The notes beneath the pieces were generated by a model that was not told the DNA's origin, ran no database searches, and was given only the letters and a program-made list of their open reading frames with translations. Below, one piece after another: positions 20,115 through 29,698 of a DNA stretch of 64,000 nt. A program made the translations under genes and the position numbers. How positions within the stretch are numbered: position 1 is the first letter of the stretch; every line of letters begins with the position of its first letter. The stretch comes from Terriglobia bacterium (GTDB lineage: Bacteria; Acidobacteriota; Polarisedimenticolia; Polarisedimenticolales; JAIQFR01): positions 128,001 through 192,000 of the forward strand of contig CAVVHE010000009.1 in the NCBI GenBank assembly GCA_963748015.1, in the 5' to 3' direction.

Positions 20115-21203
20115 CTATGCCGCTTCTTCGGCGTCCGTCTCGGTCTCCTCCGGGTCTTCCCCGGGCCGTTCCCCATCGAGCAGATACGCCGCCATCGCGT
20201 CCTCCCACCGCAGGCGCAGGTCGTGCTCGAGGCCGCGGGCGACGGCGGTGAAGGCCTGGACGACCTCGAAGCGGGACACGCCGAAGAGGGAGGAGCCGCG
20301 GAGCAGCTCGGCGGCGACCCAGCGCGCGGGCTCGCTTCTCGGGTTGCCGAGCCGGTGCTGGCGGAAGAGCGAGCGGATCTCTCGGCCGGGGTCCTTCACG
20401 TAGTCGCTCCGCGAGGACCGGAGGCGGTCGGCGAGATCGCGGCCTCGCGACACCGAGGTCTCGAGCGTCATCTGGAGCGCCTCGCGGAAGCGCAAGCGGT
20501 CGAACGACGAGCCCTGCCCGACGAAGAGCTTCCTCGACGCGGTCATGATGGTCAGACCGTTGGAACAGACCTTTCGAAAGACGACGGCGCGCACCTGGAG
20601 CGGGTACCGCCCCGTCTCGCTGCTGCGGATGTCGAGCCCCGGCATCCCCTCGTCGGGGCGGGCCGCGTCGCCCAGCTCCAGCGCGACGTCGCGCAGGAGC
20701 ACGCGCAGGTGGAACACGTCCTCGCTCACGGCGACGTGCGACGCGCTCACCGTCTCGGGCACGACCGATGCGACGTCGTCGAACACCTCGAGGTCGTGAA
20801 CGACCGGCGCCGTGCAGGGGAGGATCGCACGGATCCGGGGCGGGGAGCCGTCCCGCACGCGAAACAGGAAAGAGCCGTCTCCCGCGACGCACCGCGCCGC
20901 GACGAGCCCGCGCAGCACGGCGATCCCGAGGGCCAGGGGCAGGCGCTCCAGGAACGGCATCGGAACTCCCGCGAAGGCCGCGAGCTGGCCGAGCGCGTGG
21001 GGCGTGAACCCCAGCTCGCGCCCGGATCCCGAGTCCGCGTGCCGCAGCCTGTAGCGGTCGTGGACCGGCGCCAGAGAATCTCCCGCCGCGAGCCTCGCCC
21101 GCGACAGGGGGCCGTAGAACATGCCGTGTCCGTGTCGCTCCGTTTCGAGCGCGCGGCGGACGTGGCGGAGCCGCATCGGGGTCAGCGAACGCCTTCTTGC
21201 CAT
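20115..21203 (-). CDS. DUF932-like protein
   Basis: TPHALGQL, IRAIL and SSETG..L.V...FRKVCSNG motif typical of DUF932-like phage/plasmid proteins; start overlaps the helicase 3' end. Confidence 0.65.
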   Translation of the reverse strand: MARRRSLTPMRLRHVRRALETERHGHGMFYGPLSRARLAAGDSLAPVHDRYRLRHADSGSGRELGFTPHALGQLAAFAGVPMPFLERLPLALGIAVLRGLVAARCVAGDGSFLFRVRDGSPPRIRAILPCTAPVVHDLEVFDDVASVVPETVSASHVAVSEDVFHLRVLLRDVALELGDAARPDEGMPGLDIRSSETGRYPLQVRAVVFRKVCSNGLTIMTASRKLFVGQGSSFDRLRFREALQMTLETSVSRGRDLADRLRSSRSDYVKDPGREIRSLFRQHRLGNPRSEPARWVAAELLRGSSLFGVSRFEVVQAFTAVARGLEHDLRLRWEDAMAAYLLDGERPGEDPEETETDAEEAA

Positions 21204-22768
21204 GAGACCTCCCCTCCGAGCGTGCAGACCGGCTGCACGCATTCCTTGCAGTAACGCTCCGGGACGACGTCCTTCCTGAGGCACGAAGCCGCGCCGTGGA
21301 TCGAGCCGTCGTCGTCCACGAGCACGAAGAGGCGGCTGTCGGGAACGTGCGACCACTCGGGCTCGATCGGCTCGGGATCGGGCGCCGGCGCCGCCTCGCC
21401 GATCGAGCGCGGCACGTCGAACCCCTCCTCGCGCAGGACGCGCATCCGCTGCAGGCTGTGGGCGCGCAGCACGCGCGCGTCGTCGTCGTCGAGGAAGTCC
21501 ACGTAGAGGCAGCGGCGCTTCCCCGGCGCCAAGCGCATGCCGCGCCCGATGGACTGGATGACCCTGGCCCGCGACTTGAGGCCCCCGGCCTGGATCAGCG
21601 CGTGGATCCCCTCGATCGAGATCCCCTCGTGGAACAGGCCGGCCGTCGCGACGAGGCAGCGGGTCGAGCCCGAAGCGAAAGCGTCGACGGTCTCCCGGAG
21701 CTGCTTGCGGGAAAGGTCGCCGTCGGCCATGGCCGCGCCCTCGCCGAGCAGGGCGCGCAGCTTCCTGCCGTGCTCCTTCCGGTCCACCAGGACGAGGACC
21801 GACTCGCCGAGTGCCAGCCGCTCGCGCGCGATCCCGGCCGCGAGCGCATTCCTCTCGTCGTTCGCCACCAGGAACTCCTCGTAGAGCCGCCACACCGGCT
21901 TCTCGCGCATCGCGCCCGAGATGCGGCAGTGCACCGTGCGGACCTCGACCGGGCAGGCGTAACCGCGATCCACGAGGTAGGCGGCGGAATAGCTGCCGCC
22001 GGTCAACGTGCCGCCGGTGAGGGCGTCGAGCACGGCCTGGTCGCCTCCCTGGCGGAACGGGACGGCGGAGAGGAAGTAGTTGTAGCGGGCCCGCACGCGG
22101 CGCACGAGACGGGCGTACGTCGTCGCGGCGGCATGGTGCCCCTCGTCGAACACCAGCACGCCGTCCGCCCACCGCGACACGTCCTCTCCCGGCCGCGCGA
22201 GCACCTGGGCCAGGGCGACGGTGAACGCGCACGGCTCGCGCGACCCGTTGCCGATGACGCCGGGCTCGACGCCGAACAGCGTGCGGACCTGCCGGCGCGC
22301 CTGCTCGAGCAGCGTGCGGGTCGTCACGAGCCACAGCGTCGGGAGGCCGAGCCGCTCCGCGATCGCCGCGGCGAGAAGCGTCTTGCCGCCGCCCGTCCCG
22401 ATGTCGATGACCCCCGCGCCGCGGTCGAGGGCGCGCTCGACCACCTCGAGCTGGTAATCGCGCAGCTCGGGGCCCTGCAGCAGCCAGTGGATCCTGCGCC
22501 GGGGCGACGAGCGAAGGTCGCAGACCCGGTAGCGCACCCCCTCCGCGCGCAGGATCCTCTTCACGCGGGGGAGGCACCCCGTGAGGAACGTCCCGCCCGA
22601 CGGCTCGAACACGAGGGCGTGGTCGCCGGGTACACCCGCGGTCGAGCCGGGGCCGCGGTTGAGGTGGGAGTTCAGCTCGCGGTCGAGCCGCTGGACCGGG
22701 GCGGGACCGCAGATCCGCGACTCGACGTTTCCGACCAAGATGTCGATCCGGGCGTTCGTGAAGGCCAT
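21182..22768 (-). CDS. SF2 DExH-box helicase (ResIII/UvsW-RadD-like) with Cys-rich C-terminal tail
   Basis: LRDYQ Q-motif, GTGGGKT, FDEGHH, LSA, EGISI, QSIGRGMR; C-terminal C..CKEC..C. Confidence 0.88.
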   Translation of the reverse strand: MAFTNARIDILVGNVESRICGPAPVQRLDRELNSHLNRGPGSTAGVPGDHALVFEPSGGTFLTGCLPRVKRILRAEGVRYRVCDLRSSPRRRIHWLLQGPELRDYQLEVVERALDRGAGVIDIGTGGGKTLLAAAIAERLGLPTLWLVTTRTLLEQARRQVRTLFGVEPGVIGNGSREPCAFTVALAQVLARPGEDVSRWADGVLVFDEGHHAAATTYARLVRRVRARYNYFLSAVPFRQGGDQAVLDALTGGTLTGGSYSAAYLVDRGYACPVEVRTVHCRISGAMREKPVWRLYEEFLVANDERNALAAGIARERLALGESVLVLVDRKEHGRKLRALLGEGAAMADGDLSRKQLRETVDAFASGSTRCLVATAGLFHEGISIEGIHALIQAGGLKSRARVIQSIGRGMRLAPGKRRCLYVDFLDDDDARVLRAHSLQRMRVLREEGFDVPRSIGEAAPAPDPEPIEPEWSHVPDSRLFVLVDDDGSIHGAASCLRKDVVPERYCKECVQPVCTLGGEVSWQEGVR

Positions 22769-22969
22769 GGATTTCCCCTCAAGTCGTTGAAAGAAAATAG
22801 GTTGCCCTGGCCGTCGCCGGCTCCGTCGCTCCGTGCTGTTTTGGATATCGAACGAAGTTTTACAAACAAAACCCATCCCGTCAAGAGGGAAAATTTGGTA
22901 AAGTGAATGCAGATCGTTTAGCGCATCGAACGGGCGGCGGGGAGCGGCGGGCGCGGGCGGAGGACGATC

Positions 22970-23380
22970 GTGACGATCCAGGATGGACCCTCCATCGGCA
23001 AGACGATCAAGGCCTGGCGGGACGAGATCGGCCTCTCGCTCAACCAGGTTGCGGAAGGGTCGGGGGTCTCGAAGGGATACCTGTCGCAGCTCGAGAACGG
23101 GAACGTCACGCGTCCGTCCGCGGACGCGCTCGCTCGCATCGCGGAGGCGCTCGGGAAGCCGCTGCACGAGCTGCTCGGCGAGCGCCCCACCGTGGAGGAG
23201 AGCGGCGCGAAGCTCCCGAAGGGGCTATCGGAGATGCTCGCGGACCGGTCGGAGAAGGGCAAGCCCATTCCGCCGGAGGACGTCGAGATGCTCCGGAGCA
23301 TCCGCTACCGGGGCAGGCAGCCGCGCACCGCCGCGGACTGGGACTTCCTGTACGAGACGATCGTTCGCACCATCCGGTAG
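22970..23380 (+). CDS. XRE-family HTH transcriptional regulator
   Basis: IKAWRDEIGLSLNQVAEGSGVSKGYLSQLENG..PS...L.RIAEALG. Confidence 0.9.
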   Translation: MTIQDGPSIGKTIKAWRDEIGLSLNQVAEGSGVSKGYLSQLENGNVTRPSADALARIAEALGKPLHELLGERPTVEESGAKLPKGLSEMLADRSEKGKPIPPEDVEMLRSIRYRGRQPRTAADWDFLYETIVRTIR

Positions 23381-23387
23381 GGCGGCG

Positions 23388-24281
23388 ATGGACGCGCGCT
23401 TCCCCATGGACGAACCGATTCCCGTTCCCGCCGTGGCCGGCCGGGAGGCGTACGAAGCGGTCCGCAGGGCCGCGGACCGCCTCCTCGCGCGCGCGGCGGA
23501 GAGCGAGCCCTCGTGGTCGGCGCCGCCGGTGGACCCGAAGCTCCTCGCCCGCTGCCTCGGGATCCCGATCCACTTCACGAGAGACCTTCGCGACGCGGAC
23601 GCGATCGTGGTCCCGACGCGCGACGGCTTCCGGATCCTCGCGAACGCCAACGTGCGGCATCTCGGGCGCCTCAACTTCACGCTCGCGCACGAGATCGCGC
23701 ACACGCTCTTCGAGGGCGCCGACGCGCGCGCGCACCTGCGGACCCGGGACCGGCGCGCCTACGAGCGCAGCCCGGAGGGAGCCGCGGTCGAAGGCCTCTG
23801 CGATCGCGCGGCGGCCGATCTCCTGATGCCGATGCCGATGATCGAGGAGACGCTGCGCGAGACGGGATTCGAGGCGCGGGCGGTGCCGCGGATCGTCGAG
23901 CGCTTCGAGGTGTCGCTCGAGGCCGCGGCGCTCAGGCTCGTCGAGTCGCAGGGCGATCGTCCGTGCGCCGCCGGCTTCTTTCACCACGCGAGCCGGCCGT
24001 CGCACGATCGTCGCGCGGGCGAGGTCGAGGATGGATGGGCCTATCGCGTCCGCCGCCTCTTCCGCTCGCCGGGGTTCCCGTTCGTTCTCCCCACGGGCAA
24101 GTCGGTTCCCGCGTCGTCGCTGATCTACCGCGCCTCGCTGCGCGGCGAGTGCCTCTCCGGTCGCGAGACGTTCGTCCTGGGAAAGACCGCGGCGACGCTT
24201 CGAGTAAGCGCGCAGTCCATCTTCCGTGCCGGGGCGGCGGGCGAGCCGCCCATGGTGTGCGCCGTCTTCTCCGCGGACTGA
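23388..24281 (+). CDS. ImmA/IrrE (CapP/PprI-like) metallo-endopeptidase
   Basis: FTLAHEIAH (HExxH), E..CD..AA.LLMP, F.VS..AA HTH linker, C-terminal possibly GAF-like region. Confidence 0.88.
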   Translation: MDARFPMDEPIPVPAVAGREAYEAVRRAADRLLARAAESEPSWSAPPVDPKLLARCLGIPIHFTRDLRDADAIVVPTRDGFRILANANVRHLGRLNFTLAHEIAHTLFEGADARAHLRTRDRRAYERSPEGAAVEGLCDRAAADLLMPMPMIEETLRETGFEARAVPRIVERFEVSLEAAALRLVESQGDRPCAAGFFHHASRPSHDRRAGEVEDGWAYRVRRLFRSPGFPFVLPTGKSVPASSLIYRASLRGECLSGRETFVLGKTAATLRVSAQSIFRAGAAGEPPMVCAVFSAD

Positions 24282-24391
24282 GGCATCGGCGCGCGAGCCG
24301 GTAACCCTCGCGGGTGTTCGCGTGATTCCAGAAGAATGTTTTGTTGATATTGCAATCTTTTTCGGGTGCCATGGACCCTACGCGCTCTGAT

Positions 24392-24444
24392 TTTCCGCTT
24401 TATGCTTGTTTCCGTTACTAACGGAACGTATATTTAAGCGGAAA
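24392..24444. promoter_or_regulatory. 53-bp nested inverted repeat (operator) before the AbiE-like operon
   Basis: TTTCCGCTT...TTCCGTTA-C-TAACGGAA...AAGCGGAAA, symmetric about 24418. Confidence 0.7.
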
Positions 24445-24455
24445 TGAGGGACGCG

Positions 24456-25472
24456 ATGGAACAGGATCTCGAGCTCTATGCCGCACACCTGCGGAAACTC
24501 CCCTTTGCGAGGGCGGTGCGATTCCTCCGACGACCGGACCGAGCGGACGGACCTCGGGTGGAAGCGACCTTGGTCCTGACCACGCCGGACGGCGACCACG
24601 AGTTCCTGGTCGAAGTGAAGCGTACGCACCTGACCTATGCAGTCGCAGAGAATCTTCTTGTCAGGCGGCGGAACCCGAAGTGGATCCTCTTCGCGCCCTA
24701 CGTGCCCCGGAAGATCGGCCAGCACCTCGCGGCGCAAGGTGCGAATTACATCGATCTCGAGGGAAACTGTCACCTCCGGCTGGGCGACCGCTACATCGCG
24801 GCCATCGAAGGTCGGCTACCAGAAAGAAAGGACGCGGAAGGTCGCGGCTTACGAGCCGCGGGCCACCAAGTACTCTTCGCGATTCTGGCGAAACCGGAAC
24901 TCTTGAACGAGGGCATCGTCAAAATCGGCGACCTGGCGGGCGTGGGCAAGACCACCGTTGCCGACACTCTCGCGAAGCTGGAGCGCGAGGGATTGCTCGC
25001 CACCATCCAGAATCGCCGCCATCTCGTCAAGCCCGGGGTCGTTCTTGATCGATGGCTCGCTGGATACGCCAACACGGTGAGGCCCCGCCTGCTCATAGGC
25101 CGCTACCGCACGCAAGACAGGGATCCCCGAGATCTGGAGCATCGGGTCGAGCAGGTCCTTGGAAACGACACGGAGTGGGCATGGGGCGGTGGCGCCGCGG
25201 CCATGAGGCTGACGCAGCACTATCGTGGAGAGACGACCCTCCTTCACGTGGCGAACCCGGCGCCGGACCTGACCAAGCGCCTTCGGGCGCAGAGGGATGC
25301 CGACGGTCCGCTCGTGCTGCTCGAGGTCCCAGGGCGCCTCGCTTTCGAGGGAGTTCTGCCGAGAACGGTGCACCCACTTCTCGTCTACACGGAACTTCTC
25401 ACGACCGGGGATGAACGTGCGCGCGAGACGGCGCTTGAGATCCGGGAACGATATCTCGGAGACCTAGCGTGA
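24456..25472 (+). CDS. Type IV TA antitoxin, AbiEi-like transcriptional regulator
   Basis: YIDLEGN, central wHTH, WGG..AA, HPLLVYTELL..GD.RA motifs; upstream operator; coupled to a nucleotidyltransferase. Confidence 0.75.
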   Translation: MEQDLELYAAHLRKLPFARAVRFLRRPDRADGPRVEATLVLTTPDGDHEFLVEVKRTHLTYAVAENLLVRRRNPKWILFAPYVPRKIGQHLAAQGANYIDLEGNCHLRLGDRYIAAIEGRLPERKDAEGRGLRAAGHQVLFAILAKPELLNEGIVKIGDLAGVGKTTVADTLAKLEREGLLATIQNRRHLVKPGVVLDRWLAGYANTVRPRLLIGRYRTQDRDPRDLEHRVEQVLGNDTEWAWGGGAAAMRLTQHYRGETTLLHVANPAPDLTKRLRAQRDADGPLVLLEVPGRLAFEGVLPRTVHPLLVYTELLTTGDERARETALEIRERYLGDLA

Positions 25473-26245
25473 TGGGATTCACCCCGGAGCAAGCTTCAGT
25501 CCTCCGCCGACTCCGCACGATCTGGTCCGAGGAGAAACTCGTGGTCATCGGGGCCACCGCCATCGGCTGCCACCTCGAGTTTCGCTGGCGAAAGACGCAG
25601 GATCTGGACTTGACCCTGGCGGCAGACATCGACGAGTGCCGGCAATCGCTGGAACGACTCCCGGGTTGGGTTCGTCACGAACGCATCGAACACGCATGGA
25701 CCGCTCCGGGCGATGTCCGCATCGACATCGTTCCCGCGAATGCGGCAGCGCTGGAGTCCGGCCGAATCGATTGGCCCGGCGGAAGCACGATGAGCGCCGT
25801 CGGTCTCCGGGCGGCCTTCGTCGACAACGTCCGGCTCGATGTCGGGGAAGGGATCTTCGCGCGGGTCGCATCCGCTGCCGCGATCACGATCCTCAAGATG
25901 GCGGCATCTCTCGACAGACCGGACCGCGACAGGGACCTGGCAGACCTCGCTTACCTCATGGACGGAATCGTCGGCAACGACGATGCAGAGCGCTGGTCCG
26001 ATCCGGTCCTCGATCTCGACCTGGGCTACGAGCTGGTGAGCCCGTTCCTGCTTGGGCGTCGCGTCGCGGCCATCGCGGACGTCAGGGAGCGGGCCGTCGT
26101 CGATCGATTCCTGGCGAAACTGGCGGATCCTTCCGATCGCTCGGCGTACCAAGCACGCATGGTCAGCTCGGGACCCAGAGAATGGCGCGAAGGCGACGCC
26201 GCGATAGCTCGATTGAACGCATTCCGGCGCGGCTTCACATCATAG
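25469..26245 (+). CDS. Nucleotidyltransferase toxin, AbiEii-like
   Basis: VIGATA, R.T.DLD, IDIVP, LK..A..DR...DLAD motifs. Confidence 0.75.
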   Translation: MMGFTPEQASVLRRLRTIWSEEKLVVIGATAIGCHLEFRWRKTQDLDLTLAADIDECRQSLERLPGWVRHERIEHAWTAPGDVRIDIVPANAAALESGRIDWPGGSTMSAVGLRAAFVDNVRLDVGEGIFARVASAAAITILKMAASLDRPDRDRDLADLAYLMDGIVGNDDAERWSDPVLDLDLGYELVSPFLLGRRVAAIADVRERAVVDRFLAKLADPSDRSAYQARMVSSGPREWREGDAAIARLNAFRRGFTS

Positions 26246-26438
26246 TGTGGAGCCCGGTGCCCCGAACGATCCTCGGGGAAGCGGGAGAATAGCTCCACAA
26301 CAGCTCCATGCCACCTCGTGGCTCTCCAGGTCTCCGATCCGGCTGCTCCGTCCGGTTCCGAACACCGACCGTCCGGAACCGCACGGTCCCGCCGCAGCCG
26401 GAAGCTCACGAGACGCGGTCGCACGGCGAGTCGTCTCT

Positions 26439-26454
26439 TGGCACCTCGGTTGCT
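26439..26454 (+). promoter_or_regulatory. Sigma54 -24/-12 promoter
   Basis: TGGCAC-CTCGG-TTGCT matches the consensus; the operon encodes a sigma54 activator. Confidence 0.75.
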
Positions 26455-26486
26455 CTCCCTCGGAGAGAACTCACGCGAGGGAAGCC

Positions 26487-27731
26487 ATGGACCGCACCAT
26501 CGACCCTTCCGTACGGCTGCGGCGCACGATCCGACGGCTGGTCGTGCCGGTGGGATCGATCTTGGCGGTGACGATCCTCGTGATGCTGGTGACCGGCTGG
26601 CTGCACCCGTCGGTCCGGCGCGACCAGCTGCGAACGGCCAGGGTCGAGCGTGGCGACGTCAGCGCCACGCTCGACGCCTCGGGTCTGGTCGTGCCCGGGT
26701 TCGAGCAGATTCTCACCGCGCCGGTCTCCACGCGCGTCATCCGCATTCTCAAGACGCCGGGCGCCGAAGTGCGTCCGGGCGAAACGGTCGTCCTGCTCGA
26801 CAACAAGGACGCGCGGCGCGAGGTGGCCAGGCTGGAGGAGCAGATCGCCCTCAGGCGAAACGCGCGCCGGCAGACCGAGCTGGAGCTGGCGCGCACCCGC
26901 AACGACCTGACCACCTCGCGCGACGTCAAGGCGCTGGAGCTGGAGTCGTGCCGCTTCGAGCTGATTCGAAACAAGAGGATGTTCGGTGAGGGGCTGACGC
27001 ACGAGGACGCGGTTCGCAAGTCCGAGAACGACGTCGCGCGGGCCCAGATCGAGCTGGGCCATCTCGAGTCGCAGCTGGGGAACGTGGAGGAGGACCTGGC
27101 TGCCCGCGCGGAGGGGCTGGCGCTCGAGATCGCGATCCTCGAGAAGGACCTCGAGCGGGCCCGCGAGCGACTCGACCGCACGGCGGTCACCGCCGAGCGC
27201 GCGGGGATCGTGACCTGGGTCGTCGCGAACGAGGGCGCGGCCGCGGCCGAAGGCGAGCCGGTGGCCCGGGTGGCCGACGTCAGCACCTACCGGGTGGAGG
27301 CAACCCTGTCGGACGTTCTCGCTCGCCGCCTGACCGCGGGCTTGCCGGCCGTCGTGCGCAGCGGCGATACGCGTCTGACCGGACGCGTCCACAAGATCCT
27401 GCCGACGGTGCAGAACGGCGTCGTGACCTTCGAGGTGCATCTCGACGAACCCGATCACGCGATCCTGCGGCCCAACCTTCGGGTGGACGTCCACGCGGTC
27501 ACCGAGCAGCGCACCGGCACGCTGCGCCTGCGCCGGGGTCCGCTGCTCAACGTGGACGGTCGCGACTTCGTGTTCGTCGTTCGAGGCGGCCGGGCGGTGC
27601 GCACGCCGGTCACGGTCGGGCTCTCCAACTTCGAGATGTACGAGATCACGGGCGGGCTCGCCGAGGGGGACGAGGTCATCATCTCGGACATGTCCGACCA
27701 CCGTAACGCCAAGGAGGTCAAGATCCGATGA
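26487..27731 (+). CDS. Efflux periplasmic adaptor (MacA/HlyD-like)
   Basis: N-terminal TM, lipoyl halves flanking a coiled coil, GL..GDEVI end. Confidence 0.88.
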   Translation: MDRTIDPSVRLRRTIRRLVVPVGSILAVTILVMLVTGWLHPSVRRDQLRTARVERGDVSATLDASGLVVPGFEQILTAPVSTRVIRILKTPGAEVRPGETVVLLDNKDARREVARLEEQIALRRNARRQTELELARTRNDLTTSRDVKALELESCRFELIRNKRMFGEGLTHEDAVRKSENDVARAQIELGHLESQLGNVEEDLAARAEGLALEIAILEKDLERARERLDRTAVTAERAGIVTWVVANEGAAAAEGEPVARVADVSTYRVEATLSDVLARRLTAGLPAVVRSGDTRLTGRVHKILPTVQNGVVTFEVHLDEPDHAILRPNLRVDVHAVTEQRTGTLRLRRGPLLNVDGRDFVFVVRGGRAVRTPVTVGLSNFEMYEITGGLAEGDEVIISDMSDHRNAKEVKIR

Positions 27732-28441
27732 GCACAGACGCCCTCCCCGCCAGGAACGGGAAGAACGGAGGCGCCGCGGTGCGCCTGGAAGCGGTGGAGA
27801 AGGTCTACCGCACCGAGAAGATCGAGACGGTCGCGCTCAGCAACGTCAGCCTCGAGATCGCCGCCGGAGAGTTCGTGGCCGTGATGGGTCCCTCCGGCTC
27901 GGGGAAGAGCACGCTGCTCAACGTCCTGGGGCTGCTGGACGCGCCGACCACCGGCAGGATCGTCCTCGATGGCGAGACGGTGAACGGGTTCGGTGACCGG
28001 CGCCTGGCCGCCCTGAGAAACCGCGAGATCGGCTTCATCTTCCAGAGCTTCCATCTGATCGCCGATCTCGACGCGCTGGACAACGTTCAGATACCGCTTC
28101 TCTACCGCTCCCTGTCGAACCGCGAACGGCGCGAGAAGGCCGAGATCGCCCTGGATCGGCTGGGCCTGAAGGCGCGCATGCACCACTACCCCACCCAGCT
28201 CTCGGGCGGCCAGCAGCAGCGAGTCGCCATCGCCCGCGCGATCGTCGGGGGTCCGAGGCTCGTGCTCGCCGACGAGCCGACCGGCAACCTGGACAGCAAG
28301 ACGGGCGAAGACGTCATGCAGATCCTCGAGGAGTTCAACCGCGACGCGGGCGTGACGGTGGTGATGGTGACGCACGACCAGCGCCTCGCGGAGCGCACGG
28401 CGCGCATCGTGCGGCTGTTCGACGGCCGTCAGGTCCACTGA
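27728..28441 (+). CDS. ABC ATP-binding subunit (MacB/LolD-like)
   Basis: [33 protein letters not shown]. Confidence 0.93.
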   Translation: MSTDALPARNGKNGGAAVRLEAVEKVYRTEKIETVALSNVSLEIAAGEFVAVMGPSGSGKSTLLNVLGLLDAPTTGRIVLDGETVNGFGDRRLAALRNREIGFIFQSFHLIADLDALDNVQIPLLYRSLSNRERREKAEIALDRLGLKARMHHYPTQLSGGQQQRVAIARAIVGGPRLVLADEPTGNLDSKTGEDVMQILEEFNRDAGVTVVMVTHDQRLAERTARIVRLFDGRQVH

Positions 28442-28459
28442 AACGGGAAGGGTGAGGCC

Positions 28460-29698
28460 ATGCTCGGAAACTACCTCAAGATGGCGTGGAAGGTGCTGGG
28501 CCGGCGCAAGTTCTTCACCTTCGTCAGCCTGTTCGGCATCGCCTTCACGATGACGGCGATGCTGATCGCCGTCGCCATCGCCGACCACGTCCTGGCGCCG
28601 TCCTACCCCGAGACCCGGCTCGACCGGATGCTGGTGCTGGACAGGATGAAGATGGCCGGCGCGCGCAGCTCCTGGTACTCGGGTCCCGGCTTCAAGCTGG
28701 CGGATCGATACGCCCGCGACCTTCCCGGCGTGGAGCGGATGTCGATCTTCACCTCCCCGAACGAGGCCACTTCGTTCCTCGAGGGGCGCAAGCTCGTGTT
28801 CCGTACCCGCCACGCCGACGCCCAGTTCTGGCGCATCATGGAGTTCGCGTTCGTCGAGGGCGGCCCGTTCACGGAGGACGACGACCGGAACGCGAACCGT
28901 GTCGCGGTGATCGGCGAGGGCGCCCGGCGCCGCCTATTCGGCGCGGAGCCCGCGCTCGGCCGGTCGGTCGAGTTGGACGGCGTGCAGTTCCGCGTCGTCG
29001 GTGTCGTTCGCGATGTGCCGCTGTACCGCCTGCACTCGTCGTCCGACCTCTGGCTGCCGATCCGGACCAACACGGAGGCCGGATTCTTCGACCGCCTGAT
29101 GGGCGGCTGCCAGGCCGTGTTCCTGCTCGAGCCGGGTGCGGACAAGAAACAGATTCAGGCCGCATTCCGGGAGCGCCTGACCCGAGTCGAGTTCGATGAC
29201 CCGGAGACCTACAACACCCTCGCGGGCCTACCCATGACCCAGCTCGAGCTGCTGTCGACCTTCGGAAGCAGCGAGCCGGGCGAGACCGCGCCGCGGCGCT
29301 GGGTTCTTCTGTGCGTGCTCGGCATGCTCGCCTTCATGGCCCTTCCGGCGATCAACTTGGTCAACATCAATCTCAGCCGCATCTACGAGCGCGGCGGCGA
29401 GATCGGCGTTCGCAAGGCGTTCGGCGCCGCCGGACGGGACCTGGTTCTCCAATTCGTGGTCGAGAACGTCGTGCTCTGCGTGATCGGAGGAGCGATCGGA
29501 CTGCTCGCCGCCGTCCTCCTTCTGAAATCCGCCGTCCTCTTCGCCGGCGACCTGGCGGTCGAGTTCCACGTCAACTGGCGGATCTTCGCGGCGACGCTCC
29601 TGCTGGCGATCGTTTTCGGCCTGCTCTCGGGGGTCTGGCCGGCATGGAAGATGTCCCGCCAGCATCCCGTTCTGGCCTTGAGAGGGGGTGCCTCGTGA
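28460..29698 (+). CDS. ABC permease (MacB/FtsX-like)
   Basis: EIGVRKAFGA motif; periplasmic domain plus 4 TMs. Confidence 0.88.
   Translation: MLGNYLKMAWKVLGRRKFFTFVSLFGIAFTMTAMLIAVAIADHVLAPSYPETRLDRMLVLDRMKMAGARSSWYSGPGFKLADRYARDLPGVERMSIFTSPNEATSFLEGRKLVFRTRHADAQFWRIMEFAFVEGGPFTEDDDRNANRVAVIGEGARRRLFGAEPALGRSVELDGVQFRVVGVVRDVPLYRLHSSSDLWLPIRTNTEAGFFDRLMGGCQAVFLLEPGADKKQIQAAFRERLTRVEFDDPETYNTLAGLPMTQLELLSTFGSSEPGETAPRRWVLLCVLGMLAFMALPAINLVNINLSRIYERGGEIGVRKAFGAAGRDLVLQFVVENVVLCVIGGAIGLLAAVLLLKSAVLFAGDLAVEFHVNWRIFAATLLLAIVFGLLSGVWPAWKMSRQHPVLALRGGAS

Noticed and set aside
22769..22969. LexA/SOS box in the divergent promoter region
   Set aside because: Only partial GAAC/GTTT matches with wrong spacing.
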